Positions 24,636-38,131 of a stretch of DNA of 64,000 bases are shown piece by piece (the stretch's first letter is position 1; every line of letters begins with the position of its first letter). Position numbers and translations under genes: made by a program. This DNA is from Cenococcum geophilum (taxonomy: Eukaryota), in NCBI GenBank assembly GCA_050273025.1, contig CP158636.1, positions 6,014,001 to 6,078,000 of the forward strand. Direction: 5' to 3'. The notes under the pieces were generated by a model. It was not told the origin of the DNA. It searched no databases and saw only the letters and a program-made list of their open reading frames with translations.

Positions 24636-25814
24636 TCACCACCTTCCCCTCTTTACCTCCTTCAGAGTATGCACACCAGCTTGACAGCCTTCAGTCCTTC
24701 CGTTCTTATTACAACATGAATAATGAAATTGGTCAAGGGTATCGTCATTGCGTTCCAACCCGTACGCGGTAGAATTACTAGGTATAAGGTAGCCTAGGAA
24801 AACTGCATATCAGATAGTGGCTCCTGGGATGCGAACAAGGTCTTAATCCGACTTACCTGGGTGGTACATGCACCTCGAGCTGTTGAAGTCTTCACCACAT
24901 TGTGCACAAGCAAAGTCATCCGGAGATGTTTTGCGCTTCCGGCCTATGATGTAAGAAGTAGAAGAACTTCCATAAACTTGCCGGTTACCCTGGGATAGGG
25001 ATTGTGTGAGAGGAGGGCGGCGGAAGCTACCATGAGGAGACGGCGACGATGATTCTGAGAGCGCCCTTTTTATCTCATGCGATGATGAATAAGGCGTTGA
25101 GTGCTGTTTTTTCAACCTCTGAATATTCGTATTGGGTGTCTTGGAAGGAGAGGATGTATGTTCTTCTTTTACTGAATGCCCAGTGGGTCTCAGGGTTGAT
25201 TGTGCGAATTCGGAATGATGCGCAAGGCACCGGACAGCTGCTCGAGAGAGCGCAGGCGAGGATTCGCACAGCTGGAGAAATAGGTCGCGGACTTGTATTA
25301 GGTCAGAGGATATTATAACATGACGAACTAATTCGGATGGCGGCACAGGTAACGCTGCTTGGGAGGACTCGAGAGAACCAGCTGTCCGTTGCGCAAGGCT
25401 TTGAATCGGAGTCTCTTTGGGTATATATCGTTTAGCAAGCTTAGCAGACTGGTTCTGCGGGTGTTTGATGTCGTAGATATGACGGTATAGTTCTTCCAAG
25501 CTACGATTTGACAATCTTGACAGGTCCAATTTATGCGTTTTCCCGCTGGCGTCCTTTCGAGCAAATGAACAATCGCCTCTGCGGATAATATCCTTCGCTC
25601 GTTTCTTATCCATGCTGCTTAAAGTTCCCCAATATGCCCCAATATATTGCTGCAACTGCTCGTTTCTAGATGGAGGCATTGTGGTTTCAGGAGCGGATGC
25701 CGATACATTCGTCTTCGTGGATCGAGGTATGGAGGAAGGACCAGGTAGGGAAGGCTCAGGACTAGAGTTGGTTAGGTCGACTATTCCTGATCCGCATTTT
25801 TCGAGCCGCGCCAT
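24636..25814 (-). CDS. Hypothetical protein with C-terminal Cys/His-rich putative zinc-binding motif
   Basis: 323-aa ORF plus predicted intron 24857-24803 (GTAAGT..CTGAT..CAG); C-terminus CAQC..CMYHP|..YSCCNKNGRTEGCQAGVH. Confidence 0.6.
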
Positions 25815-26451
25815 GTTTGTGCCTCTCGGCGAGGCTCATGGCTGTGCGTGTTGTTGGGGGTTTATAGCAGGGTTCAGGGATTCGCGTGGAATTTTGTTAC
25901 GCGAGTCAGGCTTCATAGGGCGACAAGAAAACGTTTGCAGGCTAGGACGGTTAGACCCTTAGAATACTCCATAAATCCTTTAGTCGCACTCGGAGCTGCT
26001 AAGCAAAGAAGATATCAAGGCTGTTATATAGACTGCGGCTGGGCATCCCGCATATGGCAAGATGGGGCTTTTCGTATTATTCAACAATTAATATAATTAG
26101 AAAATATTTCTGCCTTACGACCTCACATAAACTTGTCTAACCGGACACCTTACAACGCATGGACATGGAGGATAGAAGAACATGAATTCCATCACCATGA
26201 CTAGGAATCCTAACCACGTTATTTCTTCTCAAACTCAAGGGCATCGTTGATAAGGAACAGTGTCTCGTTTCTAACCTGCAACACCTCGAAAATATACAAT
26301 GACACATCCGCTATGAGCATAGCCACGCGCAGCCTTACAAGGTCTTTCAATTCCAACAACCTCCGCAACCTGAACCCCAAGAATTATTCCTCCTCTAGTT
26401 CCGCCGCAGATATCTTCTAAATTAGGTAAATATGTAGTTCCTCCGGTCGTC

Positions 26452-28713
26452 ATGTCACAAACCTCATGCAACTTGCACGAGCTGTCTCTCGCTCATCTTC
26501 CTTACGTATATGAGCCTTTGCCGAAGGGAAAATGGACTAGGCTGCTACGACTTTTGCCCGGCAAGCACGGAGACCCGCTTCTATGCAGCTTGTTCGCGGT
26601 GGATTTTGAGAAATTTCCAGCATATCAAGCCATCTCTTACGTCTGGGGGGACCCTCAGAAGACCGTCGAAATTAAATGTGGAGGGCAAGCCGTACACATC
26701 ACCATCAATCTCAATGGTGCCCTCCGACGCATCAGGCATACCTCTGATACCCTGGTCCTTTGGGCTGATGCCATCTGCATTGATCAAAACAACGTCTCCG
26801 AACGAGGGCACCAAGTCGACCTCATGGGCCTAATATTCCAACATGCAAATAGAGTCCTAGTCTAGCTTGGCGAAGACACCTATAATGATGTTGAAGATGC
26901 TTGCAACTTAATCCTCGAAACCAACAGACACTTTGAAACCGGATTAGCGGAGTATAGCAGCATTGATAGCATCCCTTTACTTCCTCCAGACAGTCTGCTT
27001 CTTCTTCCTCTGAGACACCAAGCTGTCAAACGCCTTTTCCTCAATTCGTGGTTCACGCGCGTCTGGGTGCTTCAAGAAGTTGGCTTAGCAGCAACAGCGG
27101 TAGTTGTTTACGGAAACTGTTTGATCAATTGGAGTGAGGCCGTTCAGTATGCGCTGATATATGATTACCGAACAGACCTAAATTCCAGTGATCTCAGCCT
27201 CAGGACAAGGACAGTTGCTAATGCATTCAAAATTATATGGTGTACCTATGGTAACGCTGGGGGATGGAAAGAAGAACTTTTCTTTCTTCACTTTTCAGCA
27301 GTCTCTAATGCTTTAAGAAGCAATTTCTGCGACGTGTTACAAATTGGAGCTACCTTTAAGGCATCCGACCTAAGAGACTATGTGTATGCATTCCTTGGAC
27401 ACCCTGCCGCCCAGGTTAAATGTAAAACTGGCGCCATCATGGACGCGGACTACACAATTGGAATCGAGGAGCTCTACTGGAAAGTAGCAAAAATACTGTT
27501 AGATAACTTGGATCTATCACTCCGCATTCTATCAGTAGCTGGGCACTTAAAGCGAAACGACCAAATCAGGTTTCCCTCATGGATCCCACAGTGGGATAAA
27601 CTCTGCATTGTTACCAACTTTGAATATACTAAAGGCGATTACGACGCTACTTTAAGCTCGGAAACCACTTCTCACTATATCGCCCAGCGAAGTCACCGCA
27701 TCGTTGAGGGCAAAATACAGGAAGCCCATCTCCGAACTCGCGGCTTGGTTGTGGATTCGGTAGAGGTCTTCTCCAAAGTCATGCGGCACAAGGGTTTCTT
27801 CCGGAAATCTGGAGCTACGATACAAGGAAGCACGACTAACCTAGTCGAGTCCGTTTGGTTAGATACCAACGCCAACCGGAGCGGAATTTCACCTTATCCT
27901 AACGAATGGCAGGCTTTTAGTCTCACTCTTGTAGCAGGGAAAGGCTGGGATGAAGGCTTAGCTGAGAAAGACCTTGCAGCTCACAATGCAGATTTTCGAT
28001 TGTATTGCCTCGCAAGATGTAGTCCTGGTTTCAATAATTTAAACAATTCAGTGCACGAAGCTGGAAAGGCCACCACATTGGGGGATGCAGATCGATTTCT
28101 CCGACTGGCAAGGACATTTTGTAATAACCGGAAATTCTTCACTACAGCCAAAGGTCGCTATGGCCTTAGTCCATATACGATACAGAAAGGCGACATTTGC
28201 TGCGTGCTTTTTGGAGCCGAAATACCTTTCATCTTGAGGCCGACTAACACCAAGTCGCATTACAGACTTGTCGGTGGGTGTTATATTCACGGTACAGTCA
28301 AAACTCTTTATAACGATGCGGGTCGTACGGCCGACCGTATCGTAATACCAATGGTATTGTTATACATAGAGTCACGTGTTAGGTTAATAAGCAGGAAAAG
28401 GAGGCTGATGCGTGGCTAGGCATCCCAAAAGGGCGTAGGGCGTCTACTTCACGGGCCAAGTAGGACCCCTCCCATACAAAATCTCTACTGGTTATAACGA
28501 TTTTGGTAGAGAAAACTTAACGATATTGTGAATAGTCAGTATATCGTAATATCACACCAAAAATATTTTGATTAAGGGGTGTAGATCGTAATATAGAGTA
28601 TATCGTTGTAATCAAATATCGTACTAAAGAGTTTCGACTGTATTATGCGAGGCGAGGCGATTCGTTGGTGGAAGGATGGTCTTCTAATAGAGCAGGATAT
28701 TATTTTGGTGTGA
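26452..28713 (+). pseudogene. het-6-like heterokaryon incompatibility (HET-domain) gene, disrupted
   Basis: RLLRLLPG, YQAISYVWG, LWADAICIDQ, ERGHQVDLMGLIF, V*LG (TAG at 26863), WFTRVWVLQE, DLRDYVYAFLG, PSWIPQW, GDICCVLFG..PFILRP. Removing the MITE restores YIHGIMRGE..IILV-stop at 28713. Confidence 0.9.
28295..28640. mobile_element. Tc1/mariner (pogo-like) MITE, 346 bp, TA TSD
   Basis: TIRs CAGTCAAAACTCTTTATAACGAT and CAGTCGAAACTCTTTAGTACGAT, flanked by TA at 28293-28294 and 28641-28642; internal ATCGT(A/T)AT subterminal repeats; in-silico excision restores the HET frame. Confidence 0.92.
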
Positions 28714-30367
28714 AACTCTAGTAGTGAATAGAGGGAAAGAAGGCCGAGGAAGAAGAAAAGGAATTTAAGAAGGTTATGTCATTTAGACGTTGCTAATTCC
28801 ATTCTTGGACTTCGAACGACCATATATACTGCGAAAATCCACATTTGATAGGAAGTTTCGGCACCAAGCCGCTTCAAAGAGGCGATGCGGTGAGACCAGT
28901 TCTGTATCTCCACTTGTGGACCTCAAAATTTTCAAGATGGTCCATAACGGATGGAAGGCGCATTGATATCGTAAGCTAATATAGTTTGGCTGTGCTAGGA
29001 TTGCACGGTCTGCATGAACTCGCTTTCCTACATTAGGAGTTTGGGAAATGGTGATTGCTCTGCATACCTTGTTCTAGCTAAAGTAAGCAGTGTGATATGA
29101 GAGGTGGTCTGGATAGAGTTGGTTGCGCTAGGGATTGGACGTTCCAGGTCATGTCGATTTCCAAGCTCAACCCCCCATCCTCGAAACAACTACTATTTTG
29201 CTACCCCCCACCACCTATTATCTTCCTACCGAGACCGCCCGCGTTGTGTGTCTCTGGCTGGTTGTCAGCAATGGCGTTTATGCGTCATCTGCTTGCTGAG
29301 AGAAAAGGGGGAAAGCGGGGAAGCTTGGATCCTTTTGTCGGTGAGCACTCGGCGTCACGCTGAACTGGAATGACATCGAAGTGCATACAACAGGGTTGGA
29401 TGGGAGCGATTGGCGTGATATTTGGACACGACTCCGAATCTTTCCTATCACAAGCGGGCCAGGGTATCGCCCCACATATCGAACGTCTTTTGACTTCTGG
29501 AAGACTCCGTTTGGGTATGGGGAGATGATGATGCATGTCACTCGGAGATCTCCGTTGGCGTCTGGGTTCCGCCAGCCAGCCAGGCAAGAAATAGGAACGG
29601 CACACCAAGGGGGCCAGGAACCAGCCTAGCGTGTTTCACAGCGCCCAGCTCTCCAAAATATTTCCCAGGCTCTCTGTTAATTATCGACCCTTTCTGCTGC
29701 CAATTAGGGGGAAAGACGTTCGCAAAATGGCAAGATGATTTGGCGCGCACTCGGTACTTGAGGATGACTTGCTGGACAAGGTGCTGGTTGCACAGGCAAG
29801 CCAATGGCTTGTGAGCCTTAAGAGTTTCAGGAAGGAGAGAAGTGTTCTCAGCCTTGCCTCAACTTTGGGTTGAAGTCTTCAGACGCGGCCGGGGCGGCGA
29901 ACCGTCCACACTAGGTATTTACCTTCTCTCTGCCCTTCTAGAATATTTCTCTTTCCCATCTCGCCGCGTGTACGCCAGGGGGTGCAAAAGCTGTCTTATG
30001 TATATTTTTGAGAGCATTTTTATTCTCACTGCCTTTTGTCGCTCATTCTGCGTGCTTCAAATCACTCATTTCAATCGTGCGCTACGTTGCGGTAAGACCT
30101 GCATAATCTGGATTGCTCGTTCTGCCCTGCAGCAATCCTCCGCAATTTCGATCAGCCTCGGAAGCCTCGCTTGTCGTGCATCTATTATATTCCTTTATCG
30201 TTCGTCTCTATTGGTTCAATTGATCGCGGACGAGGGATCCAGGATAGGAGACATAGGCGATTTCGGCCTTCCATCTTGGATTCTAGAAACCACGCATATG
30301 ACTTCGGAGGTTGTCGGCCTCTTTTCCATCGTACCATAATAGACACTCCCGATTACTACGCTTGGCG

Positions 30368-32169
30368 ATGGAGGAATGGCAAGACTACCCAGAGGAGGAT
30401 CGACACCATGTTGAGGCTTTGCTCAACAAATATTCTCTACAGACAATAGAGCACATGTTTCTCGAGGCCACAAAGTCTCGTTCGTCTTCACTTTCCATCC
30501 CTTCTCGCTTCTGCTGACTCATTTTGCAGGTCGCAATTCCGTCGCTTCCTTTTCAACCACATCCGGCTCATCAGTCTTCACGCACCGCCTATCCATTGGC
30601 TCAAGCCTCTATTCTTCTTCTAGCAGCGATTTTAATCCTTCACTATCATCGTCAGCATCGTCTCGTAGCCGTACTGCACAGCGAGCCGTTCATTATCCCC
30701 TCGGCTTGGATCCTAACCGTCCTGTGCCGCCATCTGCGCGACGCACACCATATGAATTTACTGCCTCCGTCGAACAAGCTTTCTCCGAAAATTCTCCTCT
30801 CAGTCAGGTTGATAATGACTGTCATGAAGCCGGCCAGTCCTCTATTCATTCGAACGAGCGAGTCCTTTTCTGTACATTCTGTGCTGAACAGAACGTCAAC
30901 AAGACGTTCGGGACGAAGTCGGATTGGAAGAAACATGAAACAAGGATTCACGAGACTGGACAGGAATGGCCGTGTCCAACGCCGAACTGTTGTCTAGTCT
31001 TCGACCGCGACGCAGATTTTAGTCGGCATCATCAGCGCTCTCATCCTGGTCGGCCTCTTCCCCCTCTAAGTGACGTCAAGGTTCAGCTGTTGCCGAAGGG
31101 GGTCTTTGGGTGTGGCTTTGACAATTGCAAGACTTTGCTGTCTTCCTGGAACGATCGCTGTGATCACGTTGCAAAGCATATGAAGGACGGTATGAAAAGG
31201 ACACAGTGGCGCTATACGAACGTAATTCGAAATTTAATTCGTCAGGACAGTATTCGCGATGACTGGAAATTCCTATTTGTTACTTTTCGCGAACAGTTGA
31301 AGAAAGACGGATCTCAGCTTTGTTGGCACCCGCACAACACTAGAATCCTCAGACAAAAACTGGAATGCAGTGATTTTCGACCTAATCGTGACGACTTCTT
31401 GATGACGACACTGAAGCTAGGTTTAGATTTACCACCACCATCGGTTCCAGGCTCTTCTGAACAAGCTGTCGCATTGCCCGACGGTTTTGTAACGCCGAGC
31501 TTTGACTCAGTTCAGAATATCGATACGTTGTCTCCGGAGCAATTCAGGGTTATCCTTAGAGGTGGACCTTCAAATCAGCACTCTCGTTTCCGGCTTGACA
31601 TTCCAAAATCTCCACTCGAACATCCTCCCGAACAACTTCTACAGTCTCCACTTCCATCCCAAGGAATCACAGAAGGCCAAGAACCCTCATATGATCACAC
31701 GATCGGGTTCAATTCCTCTCAAGATCGCATCAGTTTCATGGATGTAGTCGATACTGTTCCTGAATTAAGTCTATCTATGGAGTCGATGGACCGGATGTCT
31801 TCGTGTTTAGATTCTCCAATCCCTCATGACTCTACATACTACCCAGCATTTGTTGATCCCGGGAGGCCTACCAACCCGCTCATTGGACCTTTCCCGAACT
31901 ACTTTGATTCAGCGCCGACAATCCAGGACTCTCCATTCTCTGCTCGTCCCTCCCCTGGACAGATCATAAAGAAGTCTCTAAGGAGGGCGAAAAGCAATTT
32001 CACCCTCAGACGATCACAGCAGCTCGATCCTGCAACTGGGACAAACCACCCAGATCTTCCTGCGGAATATGAGGTTCCTCGTTCCACCGCTGGGCCGTCT
32101 CGATCGTATCCCCATAATCGGCAAGATCTCATAATTGATCCTGTCCAGCAATTCAATTACCAAAACTAA
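30368..32169 (+). CDS. C2H2-type zinc-finger protein
   Basis: FCTFC..FGTKSDWKKHETRIH, WPCPTPNC..FSRHHQRSH, FGCGFDNC..RCDHVAKH; short first exon (MEEWQDY..) joined in frame by a predicted intron at about 30480-30529. Confidence 0.8.
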
Positions 32170-35100
32170 AAATTACGAATGAGGAAAAGAACGCTTCTCC
32201 ATGAGTAGACGACACCTAGGCTCTTAGGAGGGTGCCTGTTACCAGCATTATTTAAAACGATGTTGTGGGCTCTTCGGCAGAGATGCAATGGCCCCGCAAG
32301 ATTGTTATTCAGATTCTGTCCTGGCGTTCTACTTCGTACAAACTCTCATCCAGTGGCATTTACCGGGGTTTGGTCTCTACCTCGACATCTGCTACTCTAA
32401 TAGCCCTATTTTCTTAGTTTTTACTAAGACTTCTACATGCATTTCACGAAAGACATATTTATTGATACCCAGGATTACAGTCTTAATAAGTTTATTTGCT
32501 ATTTTTTTTATTTCGGTATGTTTGATTGTGCATATAGCGGGAACTAGGCCATGACTAGGAAGGATCATATATGGGCATTACAATGAGTGCAAGAGTTTCT
32601 CTTCTCGCTCAAGAGCGAATTTTGTATTGTTATAGAAGGCTTGCACCATCACACCATCACAAAATATCATCGGGGATTGCTGGTCAACTACCGGCGCTTA
32701 TATATATTGTTGAATGAGAATCTATGAAGGATTAAATTATTCGTATTCTTGTCAGCTGGCTAGATACTATCATCGTGTATAAAACGGCTTGCATTATGCT
32801 TTATAAATACATGGTTGTTTACTTATTATATAGAGTGTCCCCAAGAGTGTCACACTCAAGGTCGCATTCGATTTTGATCAGATTCCGCGTGGCAGCATCC
32901 TAGTCAGAATTCTGCGAGTTGACTGAAAAGGGATTTTGAACACTTGCTCGGCAGCGGTAAAACGCAGTGCGATCAATGGGTTACTGGATTTTTCTTAAAA
33001 TGGTAAATCTCGGGGTGTTTGGTAGGGCTATGTTGAAAAAGCAAGGCACAAAACACTGAGCTGCTCCAAGGAAATACCCAACAGCTCGTTGCTGGCGTTG
33101 TGGTTGAGAAGCCATTGCGAGCCGCTCTGCAGCCAAACCTTGCCACCGATTGTTGGGCAAGGTAGCTTCTTCTATGCGGCCGGTTTAGACAGCTCCATTT
33201 CACCTTTCCGAACAGCATGTACCCTTGAAAATTTCACAACTGTATGTTTGAAGTCAAAAATAGAACCGCATCGCATATCGACGAGCAGAGCCAAAAAATT
33301 ACCTCTTTAGATTTTTTGCCTTCCTCAGCTGGACTAACTTACTAACAGATCCGATGCGCCACAAGCGCTCAGTAATCGCCTGGGCATCCGAAAGGAGTAC
33401 TCCTCACGCACGCACTGACAGGATGTAGCCAATGGCCAATTACTCGGTGCAAAAAGGTACGAGCTGGTTATTTGATGAGTAAACTCTGGGCGATCATGGT
33501 ATGAATACCTATATCAGTCAGATACCTAGTGTTCCCGGCCAGGACGACTGAAAGACAGCGGGTGTGTGCAGCAGAAAATAAAGGATGTGGGGAATATCGC
33601 GCGTACTACTCTTCTCACAATACCTCTTCGCTATAACTCGAGCGACTCCCACTTATGATTATGTGTAAGTTTGCCACAAAATAGAAGCGATAGAGGAATT
33701 TTTCTGCTAATAATCATAGTATCGTCGGAGGTGGTACGGCGGGGTTAACAATAGCAGCTCGCCTCACAGAAGATCCCGAGGTCTCAGTCATAGTTCTCGA
33801 AGCCGGAAATGACCACTCAAACGACACCAACGTGCTCTCACCTGGTCTTTGTACTATTATGTATGGAGATCCAGAGTATGATTGGAATTATAGTACCGTG
33901 CCACAGGTATGTTCTAGTTTTGTGTACAAAATGTCAACAAAATATGCGACTTCCGAAAATTGCTAATGACTTAACAAGGTTTTTGCAAATGGTCAAGTCG
34001 TTGCCCACCCTCGTGGGAAACAACTGGGAGGGTCCAGTGCTATTAATCTCATGTTCTGGACCCATGCCTCCCGACGAGATATTGATAACTGGGGGAGTTT
34101 AGGAAATACGAATTGGTCGTGGGATGCCCTTCAACCTTATTACAAACGATCTGAAGAGTACATTGTGCCTTCCAAAAGAACCGAAAATGATCTCCAGACC
34201 GAGTATGTTGTTCCTGGTATCCATGGAATGAAAGGCCCTATCATAAACACCTTCCCGGACATCTACGGACCGCTGGATGAAGCATGGCCGCGCACTTATG
34301 AGAAACTCGGTCTTGCTGTACAATCAGATCCACGAGATGGGCTTGCATTGGGGGGCTACACCAATCTAATTAGTATGAATCCGAAGGGGAGGTCACGTAG
34401 CTATGCAGCAACGGCTTACTATCTGCCCGCATCGAAGCGCCCGAATCTGAAAGTCATTACAGGAGCTCTTGTTGAGAAATTTCTGCTGAAAAGGAGCTCT
34501 CGTGAAAATAGAGTGACCGCGATAGGGGCGCAGTATATAAAAACCACAACATCCTTCAAGGTTCAGGCCAAACGGGAAGTGGTTCTTTCCGCGGGCTCAA
34601 TTGGCTCACCTCATATACTGGAGCTCTCGGGAATTGGCAATTCGGATTTGCTCTCCAAGTATGGTATCAACGTGGCAATTAGCAATGAAAATGTTGGAGA
34701 GAATCTACAGGATCATATTTACGTTCCAATTGGGTAAGTCAATCCAGTTCTCCATAGCTTCAGTGAGTCAGTTCTAATAGGTGTAAAGCTATGAGGTTAC
34801 CCCTGGGGTTCCCACTCTAGACGACTTTAAAAACCCCACATACTTTAATAATGCTTACGAAGAATACATTACAAATGCAACCGGACCTTTGGCGACGACT
34901 GGTGCCAGCTCTGGGCTTCTTTCATGCCCGCAAATAGGTTGCACACACCTAGCTCCAGGAGAAGAGATTGGCGACCACATCAGTCCAGGCTTAGCAGAGC
35001 CAGTGATGTATAGAAACGTATTAGTTTTAATACGTTTGAAACGTTTCAGCTGTGCGGGTTCATATTAAACTAAACAAGGTTTAGTTTAAGATGTTTCAAG

Positions 35101-35172
35101 ACCGTTTTATAAGTTTAGCTAATATTACGGAGTAAATACGAGTATCGTTACATGGTTGCTGGGTTAATAAGT

Positions 35173-35396
35173 TGTTAGCGACTCAGTCAATCGAGGCACG
35201 GATACGGCAAGAGGGACGCGTAAGCCTGTACGATTGGATTGTCTATAAACGAGGATCCAAAGCTAGAGAAAGGAAAGGAGAAGAATAGCAGCGCCGCTTA
35301 AAGTTTTATACGGTCCTTGAATCACGTGAGCTCATATAACTCTGCGTCTACTATAACGTCTACTATAATCTGCCGTTTTCCACCAGTGCCGTAATA
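35173..35396 (-). mobile_element. Solo LTR, 224 bp, inside the hAT left arm
   Basis: TGTTAG..GTAATA (RIP-altered TG..CA ends); 5-bp TSD TAAGT at 35168-35172 and 35397-35401; inverted copy of 37908-38131. Strand inferred from ATAAAA followed by a CT-rich tract. Confidence 0.88.
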
Positions 35397-35642
35397 TAAG
35401 TGCCGTATTGTGTACGGGACACATAACGGTGCCGGAGCGTGTCTCCTGCCATATTCTGCCGTGTTTTACCATATTCTGCTAGGTTCTGCCAAGTTCTGCC
35501 AATGGGGCAGGTGGAATACGGTAGAGGTCGAGACGGTAGAAACAGGTGGGCATGTGCGAGGTGTTATGGGGTGGTCCCGTAACAGCTAACGAAAAGTTTT
35601 TCCCCTCTAAACCTTCTATCTTAGTACCCTTTTACCTCTACC

Positions 35643-37900
35643 ATGGCTTCTTAAGACGATACCTCTACAGTTTTAGACTTTACGGAGTATACACAAGATA
35701 AAGACGATAACTCCTACCTAGCATCCTAAGCTAGCACTACTGATAGCGACGAAATCCTCCGCCAAAAGAAGCCAAAGGTAAATGAAGAGCTATGGTCTTA
35801 TACTCGTAAAGCAAAGGGTTCTGAGGAGGTAAGGAATAAGCATTACCAGCAGATATACTATTGTAAGTATTGCGCTAGCTATAAGGGCTCTCCGAATGCT
35901 AAAAGATTCCGTACACACCTTTTTAAAACCTATGATACACGCGTTAGTTCTACGCCTCTAGGTCTAATAAAGATAGCTTTTATTAATATAATTGCGGATA
36001 TCCTTAGCGAGTAAAGGACTTTATAAGAGAAGCAGAACCTAATTAAAGAAAAGACCCTCTAAGCAGCTATCAAAGTACCTAAATTTAAAGAAGCCTGCGT
36101 ACGGCTTATTACCGTACAAAACCTACCTTGCTCACTACTCGATTGGCCTAAATTTTGGGCTGTTATTCTATTAGTCAATTATATGGCTAAAGAGACTCTC
36201 AAATTTGCGCGACAAGACGTCCCAAAGCTCATTGAATTAACCTATATCCTCCACCGCGAAGAGCTTATTAAAAAGCTTAAGAACTCCCTCTCCTTAATAC
36301 ACTTTTTAATTGATATGTGGACATCGCCAGCAAAGATAGGGTTCTAAGTAATTGTGGTGCATTGGGTAGATGCAGAGACTCGCTGTATAGAGACTGCCTT
36401 GTTATTACTCAAAGAATTTAAGGGAGCTTATAGTGGTGAGGAGTAGGTAGAGGTCTTTCTTTAGGTTATAAGAGAGGTTAGTCTATAAGATTAACTCGGC
36501 TTCTTTACGTTAGATAATTATGGCTTAAATAACCTTATGCTACGCCATATTGCAGAGGAGATTAAAGACTTTAACCCGGTTCTTTGTTAAATACGTTACT
36601 TTGGCCATAATCTTAATTATATCGCCTAAGCCTTTCTTTTCAGATCTATGGTAAAGTAAGGAGAGGGACAGAAGGATAAGGATAAGGCAATTGATATAGC
36701 TATTTAGGACATTACTAAACTCTAAGATAAGCTTTAACGTTAAGGATTATAAAGTAAAGAAGATATTACTAAAGAGTTTTGTAAGCATGGTAGCCTTAGT
36801 AAACTCTATAACTGTAACGCCTTTTCTTGCTCTTCTTCTAGTCGATTTTAAGCTCTCCTTATAGTAGTTAGCTGAGTAATTTCTATAGATAATGACACGC
36901 GGTGGAACTCCTGGCTAGATGAGGTTACTGTCGCTTTATAGAAGTGTAAGGAATTTATATCCTGGACGGAAGATCACTAGTAGGAGCTTAGTAATGACGC
37001 TCTAATAAGAGACGATTGGTAAGAGCTTAAAGATATTAAAGAAATCCTCTAACCTCTTAAGACGTATATAAAGAATACAGAAGGGCATACCGCTACGCTT
37101 TATATGACTTTTAATAACATAGAATTTCTTATCCGCCACTTCACCTAAATATGAGAGAAATTTAAGGGTAACGCTTAAATAACTGCAAGGTTGATAGCAG
37201 CTTGGTATAAATTTAATAAGTACTATAAGCTTACTAATGATACGCCCGTTTATATGGCAGCAGCTCTTCTTTACCCTTAACTACGTGAAGCCTACCTTAA
37301 GAAAGTATGGTTAACAAGGGAGCAGCAGAAGTGGATTAAGCCTACTATTACTAAGGTTCGAAACCTATGGAGGGACTATTTTAAGCCAGAGAGTGTATAA
37401 TTAGTAGATCTCGACTTAATCAAAGACCTAGCCGCACGATTTCTTGCTAAGATAACTATTTCAACGGCAGCAAGCAATAAATTTGATAACTTTATTAAGG
37501 TATATCTCTAATAAGCGCTTATTACTCTAGCTAACACCTATAGGGCGTATAAATCCCTATTGGTGAGTAATTACCTCTTAACTAGTGGCTAGAGCCTGTA
37601 CGGCAACTAATCTACCCTAACCTTACCCGAATGGCTGTTACTATCTTTAGTATCCCCCTAATGTCGGCTGGCCTAGAACGAGTGTTCTTAGGCGCTAAAT
37701 ATACAATTGTACCAGAGAGAGTAAGGCTTGGAGCGAAGATGTTGGAGATGGTAGAGTTATTAAAGAGCTGGGTCCGTATTATAAAGACAACAGGCAGGGC
37801 ACCATTAAGTGGCGTATTTACAAATAGCTGCTTTATGGATAAGGCTTTAAAGGTATTAGAAGGGGAAGGCGATAGCGATAAGGTAATTATCACGGTTTAA
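35643..37900 (+). pseudogene. hAT transposase with many RIP-derived stops
   Basis: BED-finger-like YCKYC..THL, IDMWTSP, DNDTRWNSW, C-terminal dimerisation-like AVTIFSIPLMSAGLERVF; probable intron near 37500-37542. Confidence 0.88.
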
Positions 37901-37907
37901 AGCTATT

Positions 37908-38131
37908 TGTTACAGCGCTGGTAGAAAATGGTGGATTATGGTAGACGTTATAGTAGACGCAGAGTCACGTAAGCTTACGTGACTTGAGGACCGCATAAAA
38001 CTTCGAGCAGCGCTGCTATTCTTCTCCTTTTCTTTCTCTAGCTTTGGATCCTCGTTTATAGACAATCCAATCGTACAGGCTTGCGCGTCCCTCTTGCCGT
38101 GCTCATGCCTCGATTAACCGAGTCGCTAATA
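37908..38131 (+). mobile_element. Solo LTR, 224 bp, inside the hAT right arm; same family as 35173-35396
   Basis: TGTTAC..CTAATA; 5-bp TSD CTATT at 37903-37907 and 38132-38136. Confidence 0.88.

Noticed and set aside
35173..38131. Long internal inverted repeats as TIRs of a nested foldback or Mutator element
   Set aside because: Each copy has its own distinct 5-bp TSD and TG..CA-type ends, so they are independent solo LTRs.
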